Shown: positions 1 through 13,887, counted from the whole stretch's first letter. The stretch is DNA of 63,465 nucleotides, filler included, from Octopus bimaculoides (GCF_001194135.2; 6 parts of 5 records of this genome joined end to end with filler, not necessarily neighbours in it), one strand, 5' to 3'. Notes: generated by a model from the sequence alone, not told the origin. Numbers and translations: made by a program.

Positions 1-45
<45 letters not shown>

Positions 46-517
46 GCCGTATCTACTTTCGAAGTTGAAGTGAGATATAAGAGTTAATCTAGAGGTGACT
101 GAGTGCATGTAACATTAGATCAATTAATGAATAATTTTTGTTAGGGTTAGTTATAAGAGATGAATGAATGTTCTTTACCATTTAGAGGTTTCCCCACGTA
201 AAGAGAATTTTCCATGTAGGAAATCAGTCCTGGTCGCTTCAAACCATTTAAACATCAAAGTATAATAATTCTCCCTTCATATTGCAAAGGATATACATCT
301 AAGTTCCATCTTTCCACCGTTTATCTTTTAAATCCCTCATCTTCTTGCACACGTACGCAATCTGTTTTCAGTTATATGTCTCAGCATTTCGGTACAAACT
401 CTAATTCGTTCAATTTCCAAGAAGAGTGTCATACTAACTCAGTGAAGTATATTCCAAGCACATCTACTTTCGACATCTTAATGCTAGTGGACACACACAT
501 TACAAGCAGTGTACATT

Positions 518-750
518 AGGCGGCGAGCTGGCAGAAACGTTAGCGCGCCGGGCGAAATGCTTAGCGGTATTTCGTCTGCCGCTACGTTCTGAGTTCAAAC
601 TCCGCCGAGGTCGACTTTGCCTTTCATCCTTTCGGGGTTGATTAAATAAGTACCAGTTACGCAGTGGGGTCGATATAATCGACTTAATCCGTTTGTCTGT
701 CTTTGTTTGTCCCCTCTGTGTGTAGCCCCTTGTGGGTAGTAAAGAAATAA
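518..750 (+). mobile_element. tRNA-derived SINE family A, CpG-intact copy
   Basis: Head aggcggcgagctggcagaaacgttagc...gagttcaaa (A/B boxes); central gtcgactttgcctttcatcctttcgggg...taagtaccag. Confidence 0.85.
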
Positions 751-789
751 CACTTTACGAGCAGTGTCATATTTTCTGATTGAAGAGCT

Positions 790-1700
790 TTATGGCCTTG
801 GATCACCTTGTAGCCTACCACTCTGTAAAACTCGACAGTTGACCATTACATAACACTAATTTGCTGAAGCCCGTGTTGATGATGTCAGAAAGAAATTCGA
901 GGGCGTCTAAAATAGCATTCGCCAGATAAAATTCACCACTGACGAATGTAAGCGTTTCTCTATTTTTAGGTCAGCAGTTATCTGTCCGAATGGTCGCGCT
1001 CTTTTCTATTCAAAGTCTTTGACGTCAGATATAACACATTCGACATTAACAAACTACTTTCTAACATCATCCACATTTCCCACTCCTATGAGTTAATACC
1101 ACCCTTCATTCCTCACAAGTTATGTGTCACCTATATGTAATCTGGTTACCCCACACCTCGCTACTCATCTGAAATAAATGCATAGGCAGATAACTTTAAG
1201 CCATCGTTTTATATGTTCAAGTCTGTCGTGACTTCTTTACGGATAATTTTGACACCCATCTCTGTCAAGTAGTTGCTCACCATGACGCGTCTTACAGAGC
1301 ACCACAGAACAAACTTTGTTCAGATATTCAGGAATAATTCTCTGTAGAGTTGCCACACCAAGTTTAAGCTGTATAGCCGTTGTCTTTATAAACATGCGAC
1401 GATGTTCATCAAGAAACTGCACATTTTCTTCACCGCCTCTGTTGTTCTCAACTCCCGCTCCCTCCCACACCTTTCATCGTCTCAAACAGCCTTTCTTCCA
1501 TCCTTAAACTTATTGTGCTCATACAAGTGAATCCATAAGCAAGCTGAAACATCCTATATGTACTTAGAACGTTTTTGTCAAGTTTAAACCAAACATTTAT
1601 TGCATAACGTGCCTACTAACCTTCTGTATTCTGTATTCTGCAAACTAGTCAGCTGTGACAAACAGTGTTTAGTAGCGTGCCTTCATATGCCGTTACAGCC
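790..1700 (-). mobile_element. Decayed mariner (Tc1/mariner) transposase remnant
   Basis: Frameshifted translations give RYAINVWFKLDKNVLSTYRMFQLAYGFTCMS and KFKDGRKAV*DDERCGR (HTH region), then EHRRMFIKTTAIQLKLGVATLQRIIPEYLNKVCS, and *TPSNFFLT (resembles DLAPSDFFLF). Boundaries approximate. Confidence 0.75.
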
Positions 1701-3666
1701 ATTTCCGTCAATCTAGAATAACAATATTTGACAGGTCAGCTTATTAGATGTATAGTAATAATACTAACATTACAATAATCTAGGTCAGTTGTATCTGCCT
1801 CTCCTCAAAACGACTCAAGACGCTTGGAATCGACGTTTAAATTCTACGTTTAAATTGATGTCTATTCAAGCATCGAGTTATTTTATAAAGACATACAAAA
1901 GTTTTATCAAAGCTATTTCTTTACAGACATAAACCAGAAAGTGTATCAATCAATGATAGTGGTCTGCAATTAGTGAAACAGATGGCTAAGCTGATATGAT
2001 ATGTTGCTACGAAATTGAAGCCATTATCACTAATATCATGTTCCTGATACTGTATATTATTCCTCATCAAAAACCTAATTGTCAATGGCCTAATACGTAC
2101 ATTAGTAAGTGCCTATATTCACGACTCTAGTGAAATACATAATGGCGACTTAGTACTAAACAGTAGATGATGGTGCATTGATAGAATTTGACGTTACTTA
2201 TTTATCACACATTTATTCCTCGTCGAACTCCCCTATGTTCAAATGTTACACAAGCATTGATTATCATCTCTGAATCAACTTTGTAATATATCTTGGTTGT
2301 GATATCCAAATGTGTCCTACCTTTTCTTCCTTATAAAGTTACTGCATGTTTTAAAGGTGTTACGTTTGCTGGATCTTAAATCATTACATAGATGCTATTC
2401 TGTTACTTTTTAGTACTTTATAGGTAAAGCCTACAATATATTCATTTTGATAAAATGTGAAAACGATATCATAGACGCTGTGGGAGCAAGAAGTATTATA
2501 TATAATAGCTAAATTTAGAATTTAGGTATTTTACACGTCAAAAAATTATTCGAGGAAACAAACGTCAAGTTGAGCTAAAATGAAGCTACAATTCCGTCTC
2601 TGAAGTAGAAATAGTCACCATTCCTAACTGTGCTTGTAATTCAAGTCCCTGGAATTGGGGTAATTTATGACTATGTCTGCATTTATAGTTTACGTTACTA
2701 TCATTGCATCGTGTATTTCGGAAATCAAAAATAATTAATTATTTGAAAAGTACAATGGGGCTAAAGGAATGAAAGTAAGCATATTTATTCAAAGATTGGA
2801 AATGTATAATCTGCTCAAAATATTTAGTAGTAATCAAGTCATATCTTCAATTATCTGAACGAAAATTAGTATATTAAAATGTATGATGTGATGCGGAAAG
2901 TATAACTATGATCTTTGGCAATAAAAATTGCATCTACTCTGTTCAACGAGTTAAGTCTAATTATATATCAACCGTGTAAGTTATATAAGGACACACATAT
3001 ATACAGACCATTTATATCACGATTTTAGCCATTATCAATTACGTTAGTTATAATATATTACTTTATATTTGACATGAAATAACATAAAAATCTTGTTGGT
3101 AGTAACTTAGCTTGTTGTTCCTGCTATAAGAAACTGAATAAGAAGCGAATTAGTTCTGGAACGATAAAAGTTATCATTTCTCAAGGTTCAACATCAAATA
3201 ACGTACATAAAACAAACCACAGTGTTAGTTCCCGTATAGTAAACTAGCGTCCTCATCGGTTTATAAACTGGTTTTGAACATTATTTGAATTAAAGTATTA
3301 GGGGTTAGCTATTCATGTAATATTATTTAATGATTTCTTGATATTTAATGTAAATTCGCTAAAACTGCATCGGTGAAAAACTCAGTTATTCGACAGTATA
3401 TATTGAATTATATATAGTCTAAGTAAAAAAGCTATTATTGGTCATTTGACATGTTAGGGTTAGCAGGTAAGTGGATTTCTAACAACAGCCTATTGTTTTA
3501 GAGAGGACAAGGTAAATATTATAGCGCATGTACACATATACATACACCCCACACGCACAAATACACACAACGCACACATAAAAATATATATATTTGAAAT
3601 AAGTGCAGAGTACTTGGGTATGCGTAACACTACGAAACATGTAGTGGCAACAGCAAGAGTAGTGTT

Positions 3667-3700
<34 letters not shown>

Positions 3701-3745
3701 CAGCAGCAGCAGAAGTAGCAGTGTCAGCAGTAGCAGCAGCAGCGG
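3667..3745. repeat. (TAG)n/(CAG)n trinucleotide tract
   Basis: Direct reading. Confidence 0.9.
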
Positions 3746-4517
3746 TAGTGGTATAACGAGAACATCTACGAAGCAGAACGAGAAATTTTGGCTAATATCC
3801 AATGAAGAACACCACAAGTAAACAAAAACAAAACGAAGAATGTATATAAAGCGCAGTCATCATGTTTGGTCTGTTAGTTTAATTCTATTGTGTATAACAG
3901 TCGGGGGAAAATGATTGCAACAAAGTATTTCGCTACATAAGTCTGGTAAAAGAGAATTCAGATAAAAGTGTCATGTTTTGGGAGAAAAACGTATCATATC
4001 TCAATTAAAATTATCGACTCGGAAAGTTTCTTTAAATATATTGATTTACATTTACTGCAAAACTCGCAGCTTTTATTTATCCATCGAGATATTCTTCATT
4101 GATTCCAACCGAGATATTAAGTATTTAGTGTCCATATCTCACCGCAGTAGTAAGTAAATCACAATGCCGTTTAATTTATAATGCAAGCATCATTTATAAC
4201 GTAAAATATCCCATCTGTCTGTTTCTCGATTTCATTGTAAGTACTTTTCTTACGTCTTTATTTCGCCTGTATCTAGACATATACGCACTCACACATAGAC
4301 ATACACATACACACACACACGTACACACAAACATAATATATATACTAGTGTACGAATGTATATGAGTATGTATATAATATATATGTATATGTTTTTTTAT
4401 GTGTGTGTACGAGTATATATGATTATCTATCAGTCTCTCACAGTATATATTACCGTCTCTACATCCCTCCGTCTACATACTGATACAAACACACACAGAC
4501 ACAAACACGCGCGTGCT

Positions 4518-4580
<63 letters not shown>

Positions 4581-4979
4581 TGTATAAAAACTGGTCTTAA
4601 TTACCATTTGTTAATTCTGCCTCCTGCTCTGTTAAGTGGACTACCTCGAGACCAAGACCCATCTGGTATTTATTACATCCTTACATTCCCTAAGGGTTGA
4701 AGCCAAAGTAAGCCGTGTTTGAATTTAAACTCAGCATCTAAGGACGGACAAAATGTCGCTAAGTATTTTTCTGGGAGTGGTATCGCTCTTGGATCATATA
4801 ATGCGTATATTATAAATGATATCATGCAATAATCATCTAATAATGATGTACAGAAAAAATAGTAATGATTTGAAATACATCCGGTTCAATCCGCCATATA
4901 TAATTTTTTTTTAAATAAATATATATAAACGAATGAGGGAAACGGAAGATGGAGTTTAGGCGAATCTTAATTTATCATA

Positions 4980-5270
4980 ACGACTGTTTCGACTTATCAC
5001 GCAACGGTCCCTTGCGGGCGGGATACTGTATAACTGAGTATAGTGAGCGAGATGCCTTCTTAAACACAAGACACTTGACAAGGGCATCTGCACTGGGGGA
5101 TGCAACACAACCAGATGTCCTGTATTGGAAAATTCACCGACACTGCGGAATACTTAGGTAGATCCAGGGACATTTAGATAAATAACTCTGGATAACAAGT
5201 AACCTACACAGTGGAGGTGCTTCCAAAAGCATACTACTAAATTGTATACTAAGTGTATACCCAAAGTCTA
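4980..5270 (-). mobile_element. Possible downstream continuation of the HERO-like element
   Basis: Weak frameshifted similarity (QSYLSKC, QMPLSSV, LRDKS) to the post-RT region of HERO; separated from the RT fragment by microsatellite and an N gap. Confidence 0.3.
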
Positions 5271-5533
5271 AATAGTCATTTATGCATATATATAAATATA
5301 TATNNNNNNNNNNNNNNNNNNNNNNNNNNNNNNNNNNNNNNNNNNNNNNNNNNNNNNNNNNNNNNNNNNNNNNNNNNNNNNNNNNNNNNNNNNNNNNNNN
5401 NNNNNNNNNNNNNNNNNNNNNNNNNNNNNNNNNNNNNNNNNNNNNNNNNNNNNNNNNNNNNNNNNNNNNNNNNNNNNNNNNNNNNNNNNNNNNNNNNNNN
5501 NNNNNNNNNNNNNNNNNNNNNNNNNNNNNNNNN

Positions 5534-5571
<38 letters not shown>

Positions 5572-5609
5572 AGAGACATGCATACTTACTCACAAGGTAA
5601 GTGTACATA

Positions 5610-6060
5610 GATCGACTGAATATATGTAGTATCTGTCAATGAGCTGTCGAAAACCTTGCCCAAACTCTTGACTGGCTTCTCTGTGATTGTTGGAATAGCT
5701 GTTCCTGAGATGTTAAACCGGAACTAGTCCTCCACCTTCCCTTTCCTCAGCAACATAGATCTTGATTTGGTCGGTTTGAAATGCATCCGAGCCCAGTCCA
5801 TCATATTTGCGAGTCCCTGCAGAATCCACCGGCAGCCTAGTGATGATCTTGTCATGACTGTGAGGTCATCCATTAACATCCTAATGAGTGGTTACATTTG
5901 CCCGTATTTCGATAGGGGGCCTCTGCACTCTGGCTCAGTAGACCTGGTATTGACGGCTACTATAAAGCGCGTCCTTGAAATATTAGTTACTGCCCAAGGC
6001 AAAATTTGTAACGGCTCTTTACTTCCAGCGTGCAAATGCCAGCGATGTAGACTCCGTCTT
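5610..6060 (-). mobile_element. HERO-like (R2 superfamily, RLE) non-LTR retrotransposon RT fragment
   Basis: STEPECRGPLSKYGQM*PLIRMLMDDLTVMTRSSLGCRWILQGLANMMDWARMHFKPTKSRSMLLRKGKVED*FRFNISGTAIPTITEKPVKSLGKVFDSSLTD. The RT 'MDD' motif is at 5865-5873. Clade assignment is from recalled HERO consensus. Confidence 0.8.
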
Positions 6061-6767
6061 TTATCCTTTCAGGATGAAAAAGTGAGTATCATTTGAGGTC
6101 TAGGGTCCTCGTACACAATTTCTTATCCATAAAATTCCAGGCTTTCTCCCAAAATGAGATGCCACCGATTAGAACGTTTGAAAAATGTGATCCAATTAAC
6201 TGCTGGGGAAGCAGAAAATTTCGTTCTAATTCAGCTAATCAACAACTATTTTGCGATTTCTGCACTTCATCTAGCTACTGTAACCGTCCGTTCACGCGTT
6301 ACTTATGCTATATGGACATATTGAACAGTAGATGATATACGAACATATGTTTAAACTTTCGAAAAAAATTAATTTGAAGAAAATGGCTCTTTTATAGATT
6401 AAAGATTACATGTGTGCCAGGTTGTGATTCCAAACCCGTATCTGTGATTATTCTGCCTCCTTTGTTATGACATTTCACTAGTGAATAGATGCTCTTCTGA
6501 CAATACACAATAAACATTGTTGTTTTGCAGAACAAGTAATATTTCCAACATTGTAACATATTACTGTCGCAACATTTCCCCATTTCATTTTAATTTCTCT
6601 TCCGACTTTGTATTTATCTATTCTATTTTCATATACATATATGCGTATGTATCTATATCCATACACATTCATTCTGACAAGGATACGCACACACACACAT
6701 GCATATTTATTCGTATATATGTGTGCGTATATATGTATATATTTATAAATAAATAAATATATATATG

Positions 6768-6816
<49 letters not shown>

Positions 6817-7073
6817 NNNNNNNNNNNNNNNNNNNNNNNNNNNNNNNNNNNNNNNNNNNNNNNNNNNNNNNNNNNNNNNNNNNNNNNNNNNNNNNNNNNN
6901 NNNNNNNNNNNNNNNNNNNNNNNNNNNNNNNNNNNNNNNNNNNNNNNNNNNNNNNNNNNNNNNNNNNNNNNNNNNNNNNNNNNNNNNNNNNNNNNNNNNN
7001 NNNNNNNNNNNNNNNNNNNNNNNNNNNNNNNNNNNNNNNNNNNNNNNNNNNNNNNNNNNNNNNNNNNNNNNNN

Positions 7074-7120
<47 letters not shown>

Positions 7121-8465
7121 AATATAAATATAAACATATACATATATATGAACATGCAGGCATTCTAAAACATGGAGTTGGAATGTGGCTAAAAACTATG
7201 TTGAAATGTTTAAGGATAAATCATAAATGGATACGTGGAAAGGTGCATTCACTGAAAATATTAATATTTATGGATATAATATAATATCCAAGGAATTTTC
7301 ACAGATCCGCTTGATTCTTTGTCATATCAATTGTAATCTCTATAAAAGTATTGTTGATGCAACAATATATTTTAACTATTATGTTTGCTGAGATATGTGC
7401 AATTATTTTATTTTTGGTTTCATTTTTATGTGTACACTATATTCATCACACTTTATTTACAGCAGTAAACTCATTCTATTGTCATGAGAATCGCTCGATT
7501 TGCTGTTCAAACCTGAGTTGCTTTAGAACTATGTGTAAAGCACGAAACGACATTAGAATTTGTATATTTTAGAGTAGGAGGATAAATCCCTAAGGGTTGT
7601 GAATATGATATTGACACACAGAAACTTCGATATATTATTTCGAAACGATAACAACCATGAAATACTAAAAGAGTAATATGAATAAAAAAAGAATACATGT
7701 ATTATATAATATAGATATAACAAAATAACAATTTCAGGATTATGGGGAAAATATTTAGTGAAACGCTTAGCGCTTAGCAAAAAACATTTGCGTTTTAACG
7801 CCACCGTAGAGTATTATTTATGCAATTTACTCTGGACTCAATTTCTCCATGCGAATATGTATGTTTAAAATGTTGTGCTACTTCATATTTTTGTAATTAT
7901 TATCCAAACGATATTTCGAAATATTTTGACTTATCTGCCCATAACTGTTCAAAACTGATCACTCGGATTGCGCAATTTGGTATGGACTATGTTGTCAGAT
8001 GAATACATTTGTTTTGCTTACACATATTCTACTTTACATTCCATTGTCACATGTCAGGAAAGATGTAAAGTTGATTCCAGTATCAAATATGATAAACAAA
8101 ATTTTCAAGAAAGAATAGAACTACAATAAAAGTCCATAAAACACTACGATACAAAAATATGCTCCTTGTTAATTTAAATAACTATGGAAAGCATTAGAAT
8201 AAATGTGGTTAGGCAGCGAACGAATTTATCTGAAAACCATATATTTATTAACTGAAAGGTATATTCAAATGTCTTTGAATTTCCAGAAAGCTTGAATTTA
8301 TTATGGTAGAAATAGAAGAAATGCTATTCACTATTGACTCCTTATGTTTAACGGTGAATTATGTAATGATAAGTATTAATATCTGTCTTGTAAAGGCATC
8401 ATACTTTTCAATATTGTGGCTTCATTATTATACATACATCTTCTTTTATTTTCATACGTTTAAAC

Positions 8466-8660
8466 CTCTTTCAGTCATTTGATGGCAGCCACGCTGGGGC
8501 GATGCCTTCAAGTGATTTTGTGGAAAAATTCGACCCCGGGACTTATTCTTTTTTAAGTCCTAATACTTATTCTATCTTCTCCCTACTGCCGTGCTATCTT
8601 ACAGGGATGTAAACACAACAACGCCAGTTGTCAAGCGCTGTTGGTGCGGTGGGGTGGGGG
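8466..8660 (-). mobile_element. SINE family B 3' part, decayed
   Basis: ttcagtcatttgatggcagccacgctgggg...cgaccccgggacttattc...ttgtcaagcg. Confidence 0.7.
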
Positions 8661-8712
8661 CACACACACACACACACATATACATATGCATATATATATA
8701 TATATATATATA

Positions 8713-8812
8713 NNNNNNNNNNNNNNNNNNNNNNNNNNNNNNNNNNNNNNNNNNNNTTAATTAATTAANNNNNNNNNNNNNNNNNNNNNNNNNNNNNNNN
8801 NNNNNNNNNNNN
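8713..8812. other. Artificial assembly join (N44-TTAATTAATTAA-N44)
   Basis: Exactly 44 N + a 12-mer with stops in all six frames + 44 N = 100 nt; identical at five sites. Confidence 0.95.
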
Positions 8813-8858
<46 letters not shown>

Positions 8859-9522
8859 CACACACACACAAATATACATATATATATATATACATACACG
8901 TATATACATACATATATATATACATACATATATACATATACATAACTACATATATATACATACACAGATATATACATACATATATATATATATATACATA
9001 CCTACATAGATATACATACACATATATATACATACACACACACACACACATATATATACGAGACAGGCAACATAAAAAACATTCCCTTCGTCAGTTGTGC
9101 CCTGTTTTATCTACTCCGCGTTTTGTACAACTTATGTACAACAAGCACCAATGAAGAAACCTCCACACAGTTAGTCAACTTGCTAAAAATAACAGCCACA
9201 CTTTCCTCAGAAATCACTTCACCATCTTAAAATAGGGAAGGTCAGTAGATAATGTAACCTTAGATACCCTCTGCAAAACTGCACTAACATAATAAATTTA
9301 ATATTGATTATAATCGTCATCATCTTCATTTTTATGTGTTTTTATGCACTCCTTGCTAATATCATTTAGGTGGATCTACTCCAACACAGTGCCATGCTAA
9401 TTTTTGCCTCATTCATCGTCTCTTTTGTGAAGCCTACACCCAAAGACCAGACATTGCAGTTCAACCAACGAGGGTGCTATCTTTCTCTCTTTCTCTTTCT
9501 TTCTCTCTATCCCCTCTCTTTT

Positions 9523-9561
<39 letters not shown>

Positions 9562-10052
9562 CCAGCTCATTTTTCTGATTTTGCAGTCTCTCATAGTAGC
9601 ATTTTAATACTTTTTTTTCCTTCTCAGCATTAGTGCTAAAAAATGTGCTACTAGCATTTTGTGCTCTTTTCTCACCAACAATGTCTTGTTTCATAGAGAT
9701 CCCTTCATTGTAATACATGCTAAATTTCTCACTGAAATCATTGCTAATTCCTCAGGATACTTTGCAGTATATGGTTTGTACAAACAGCTCTCACAAATCA
9801 TATTAATAAAAATGATTTCTAACTCTAGCACAAAGCTAGATAGGAGGTATATAGACAATTAAATCAACCTCAGTACTTGACAGATCCTTATTTTACTTAC
9901 TCTGGTATATAAGGTAAAGTTAATCTTTACTTTTATATTTAAATAATAATAATGTAAAGGGAGGAAACTAAAAGCAGTTCTGTCCACTGCCTTACCAGTT
10001 CTGTCAATCCAGCATCTTTACAATGACAATAATAATTATAATATCAATATTG

Positions 10053-10250
10053 ATTTAAAATTTTGACACAGAGCAGCATTTTCAGGGAAGGGGATAAGAC
10101 GATTACATCAACTCCAGTATCGAACTGGCACTTATTTTATCAATCTCGAAAGGATGAAAGGCAAAGTCAACCTTGGCAGAATGTAAAGATGGATGAAATG
10201 CAACTAAGTATTTCGCCAGTGTGCTAACAATTCTGCCAGCTCACTGCCTT
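10053..10250 (-). mobile_element. SINE family A, decayed
   Basis: Reverse complement of the family A head and central block (aggatgaaaggcaaagtcaac). Confidence 0.8.
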
Positions 10251-10374
10251 AATAATATTTATAATATTGATATTGATATTCTTTTCTGATAAGATATTAT
10301 TAATAATTATAAAATTGATGAAAAAAAAAAGGGGGGGGGGGGTCAAAAAGAAAGAAAAGAAGAGATTAACTCAC

Positions 10375-10637
10375 TTGTTATTAACGATAATGACGAATAA
10401 GAGAGCTGGCAGCTCAACAATCCCTGATAGGAAAAGGTTGATGTAACGATCTCCATGAAGACTTTTGGTGTTGAAGAGTAATCCATAGTACACACTACAG
10501 CACACAAACCATCCAAACATTAGAATTAAAGTGAATTTACAATTTTCAATACTGTTAAAAAGATGCCAGTAAGAATATGTTGTTTGTCCTTTCTTCACAT
10601 TCATTGTATTCGTGACATGTTCATTATTACCATCTTC
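10375..10637 (-). CDS. SLC22: SLC22 coding exon 5 (TM7-TM8); last exon found
   Basis: Acceptor tttctgtttacag|, then EDGNNEHV...TYSYWHLF...WFVCCSVYYGLLFN...YINLFLSGIVELPALLFVIIVNN. Donor AA|gtgagt; 263 nt, phase 0->2. Confidence 0.93.
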
Positions 10638-10993
10638 CTGTAAACAGAAATATCATCAGCAGCAGTAGCAGCTACCTTCCAAGCTTCATACTGAATGGCA
10701 GCACAAGATTTCAGATACTGAGATCCTCAATCATACAACAGTACCCATCAACCACAGTCCCCATGTGAAGACCAGCTGCACTGGCTTGGTCACTCATTGC
10801 CAGATTGGTTGACAAATGACTTTCAGAATGGTATTTCTGTAGTGAATTAGTAAAAGGGGAATATTCACTAAATGGACAATGTAAACACTACAAGGAAACT
10901 TTCAAGGCCTCCCATAAGACATTTCAGCATTAATCCAGAGTCATGGGGAGATCTACTGTTAAAACAAGTTAAAGGGAATAATTAACCCACTTT

Positions 10994-11205
10994 AAGGCAG
11001 CGAGCTGGCAGAATTATTAGCATTCCAGGCAAAATGCTTAATGGCATTTCGTCTGCCTTCAAATTCTGAGTTCAAATTTTGAGGTTGACTTTGCCTTTCA
11101 TCCTTTCAAGGTCAATAAAGTAAGTACCAGTTGAACACTGGGATTGATGTAATCAACTTAGCACCTCCCCACAAACTGCTGGCCTTGTGTCAAAATTTGA
11201 AATCA
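10994..11205 (+). mobile_element. SINE family A, CpG-decayed
   Basis: aaggcagcgagctggcagaatt...gttgactttgcctttcatcctttcaagg...ggccttgtgtcaaaatttgaaa. Confidence 0.82.
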
Positions 11206-11781
11206 ATATTTATCCCTACTTAAACATGCATGTTCTCTTAGAACAAACTATTCTGCAGGAGTTAAATCTCTGCTAACTCCAGCACCAAGACTACCAGATT
11301 GTGTGATTTCAACCTTGTTTAGTCTTGTCAATGATAGACACTCAACTCTAGAGGCAGCAGCAATTCATCTCCCCACCATAGATTGACAGTACCAGAACAG
11401 GCCCTGGTGTCTTAAACAAGTTAAAGTCCAGAACTGCAGACATACTGGCAAAAATGGATTTGTCAGCCACTCCTGGACACATCCATGAGTGATGTCATTA
11501 CCATTATGCATACAGAAAGAACAAGGATTTGTTGGAATAATTGTTTATGTCACTCAACCAATTAGTAAGGTTATAGAACCAGATTTTTGTTCATTCAAGC
11601 AAACTAGAGTGAAAGAATGCTTAGGTAAAATAGTTGTTAAGATCTGAACTCACCATGTGATTATTAGTCCAGCACCTTTACAACCTCACAATTATACTAT
11701 CTTATGGGTATATATATATCCTCATTTTGATAATGCTATATACTTCAGGATGGCCACAAAAGAATGGAGAAACAAATTTAC

Positions 11782-11914
11782 CTGAATAAATAATTGAAGT
11801 TTAGCAAAGTCTGGGATAGGTCTTTTATTAACTTGTGCCATATCTGTTATGATTCTTTTCATTTCTTCATGTTTTCCTTTAGTTAGAAGCCAACGAGGGC
11901 TTTCAGCTACAAAC
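11782..11914 (-). CDS. SLC22: SLC22 coding exon 4 (intracellular loop)
   Basis: Acceptor ttttccag|, then (W)FVAESPRWLLTKGKHEEMKRIITDMAQVNKRPIPDFAKLQLFIQ with the ESPRWL signature. Donor CAG|gtaaat; 133 nt, phase 2->0. Confidence 0.95.
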
Positions 11915-12280
11915 CTGGAAAATATACAGTTTGGTTGTGATAAGGTATGTGGAAGCAAGTACATATTTTAGAAAGAAGTATTTGGGGAGTTATGGGCTAG
12001 TATTTGAGGGAGTACATAGAGGAATTGCTGAAATTATTAACTCCAGGATTAAACTTTTGAGCCATTATTGGCTTTCAGCCTGACTTGCTTCCTCTCTGTC
12101 AAGTCATCATCATCAACGCAATGATATAGTTATTTTCTATTGTTGTTCTTCCAGTTAAATCTCTTTTTGTTTTCAGTTTAGATCTGAACTTCACTTTTTA
12201 TCCTTCTTGGATCTTTAGTAGAAAGTGGGTTATACATCTTTAGATTGTATACCTGACTTTCTACTAAAAAATTAAAGAAA

Positions 12281-12541
12281 TAGACGGAACGCTGAACTCC
12301 AGACTAAACAACTTAAACAACATTTATTTACTTGGTAAAACATACATATCTTTAGTTATACATCTTTAGAGGTGAGAATAACTAGCTGTCGAGTATAAGA
12401 CCGAAAGATGTACAGACAGCTTTTAAACATACGTCCATGCTCAATCGCTGGCCAGCTAGAAAGAGAATGAATTGAGTGGGAAACGCTTGCTTTATTAATT
12501 CTACGCATGCGTAAGACTACGCATGCGCAGGCGTTACTACA
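12281..12541 (-). mobile_element. LTR-like repeat, copy 2, in SLC22 intron 3
   Basis: Homologous blocks to 53985-54345, ending in gcgttactaca. Confidence 0.45.
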
Positions 12542-13507
12542 GATCAATATNNNNNNNNNNNNNNNNNNNNNNNNNNNNNNNNNNNNNNNNNNNNNNNNNN
12601 NNNNNNNNNNNNNNNNNNNNNNNNNNNNNNNNNNNNNNNNNNNNNNNNNNNNNNNNNNNNNNNNNNNNNNNNNNNNNNNNNNNNNNNNNNNNNNNNNNNN
12701 NNNNNNNNNNNNNNNNNNNNNNNNNNNNNNNNNNNNNNNNNNNNNNNNNNNNNNNNNNNNNNNNNNNNNNNNNNNNNNNNNNNNNNNNNNNNNNNNNNNN
12801 NNNNNTTACAAACTTCTTTTATTAATTTTCCATTTAATGTTATTTCTCATTTTTCTTTTCAAATACATATTCTGGAAAATAGCTGAGCCTAATGACGCCC
12901 CACCTCCACCTCCACACTTTTGTTTTTATGATTGATTGTCGAAATCTCTCTCTGCTTCGTTCTAAATCGTCGACGAATTAAAATGTATAGATCAGCAGAT
13001 GTGTTGAGAGGAACGAAATACGGGAGTTACCTCCCTTGAACAATACTTCGGCTTTAAATCTCTGTTTTTTTTTTTTCAACTGCGCTAAGGCGGATTTGAG
13101 GACGAGTTACTTTTAACAACCTAACCCGATTATACATTGATATCTTTCATTTGTAGTGTTCCTGTCATATTTTTAACTAAGATGTTACACTACTGAGTTT
13201 AAAAACACAGTCTTAGGCGTTGCAACAGTGCCAGTAATTTTCAAAAAGGTGTTCTGCAAATCCATTTCTTTTGTTGCTATGAATTTACTGACAAGCCAAC
13301 ATTCGTGTATTTATATCCTTTTCTACCTCTAATTATTTATCTATCTATCTCAGTGTACAACAAGACTTGGCACAATGCAAATTGTTTTTAATGGTGAGAG
13401 TATAGTTGGTTGATTCAAGTAACTTCACCACATTTAAACGTTTGAGCAGCCATCTTTTTACCGTAAACCTTTAGAATATCCGTGAATTATCATTAAATAT
13501 AACAATA

Positions 13508-13887
13508 CTCTCTTTTACTCGTTTTACGCTTTTACTTGTTTCAGTCGTTTGACTGCGGCTATGCTGGAGCACCGCCTTTAGTCGAGAAAATCGACCCCAG
13601 GACTTATTCTTTGTAAGCCTAGTACTTATTCTATCGGTCTCTTTTTGCCGAACCGCTAAGTTACTCGGACGTAAACACACCAGCATCGGTTGTCAAGCGA
13701 TGGTGGGGGGACAAACACGCATACATATATATACATATATACGACGGGCTTCTTCCAGTTTCCGTCTACCAAATTCACTCACAAGGCTTTGGTCGGCCCG
13801 AGGCTATAGTAGAAGACACTTGTCCAAGGTGCCACGCAGTGGGACTGAACCCGGAACCATGTGGTTGGTAAGCAAGCTACTTACCAC
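13508..13887 (-). mobile_element. tRNA-derived SINE family B (~400 bp)
   Basis: Near full-length reverse copy of aggcgcaggagtggctgtgtggtaag...ggcaccttgggcaagtgtcttc...gactgaaacaagtaaaag. Confidence 0.9.

Noticed and set aside
3479-3817. 112-aa poly-Leu ORF, or poly-Ser frame on the plus strand
   Set aside because: Produced by the (TAG/CAG)n microsatellite; no domain content.
3874-3942. Minus-strand frame TYVAKYFVAIIFPRLLYTIELN* after an acceptor-like ttttaccag, resembling SLC22 TM10 (GKF...F...YTxEL)
   Set aside because: One residue short, ends in a stop where FPT is expected, has no downstream R..G motif, and lies across an assembly join. Most likely coincidence.
8757-8768. TTAATTAATTAA as a biological motif (homeodomain site or PacI site)
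   Set aside because: Always centred in exactly 44+44 N, so it is synthetic.
9996-10015. Minus-strand 20-nt micro-exon-like stretch (aag|atgctggattgacagaactg|gtaagg) below exon 5
   Set aside because: Weak pyrimidine tract, and it would encode KCWIDRT rather than the expected xGRR continuation.
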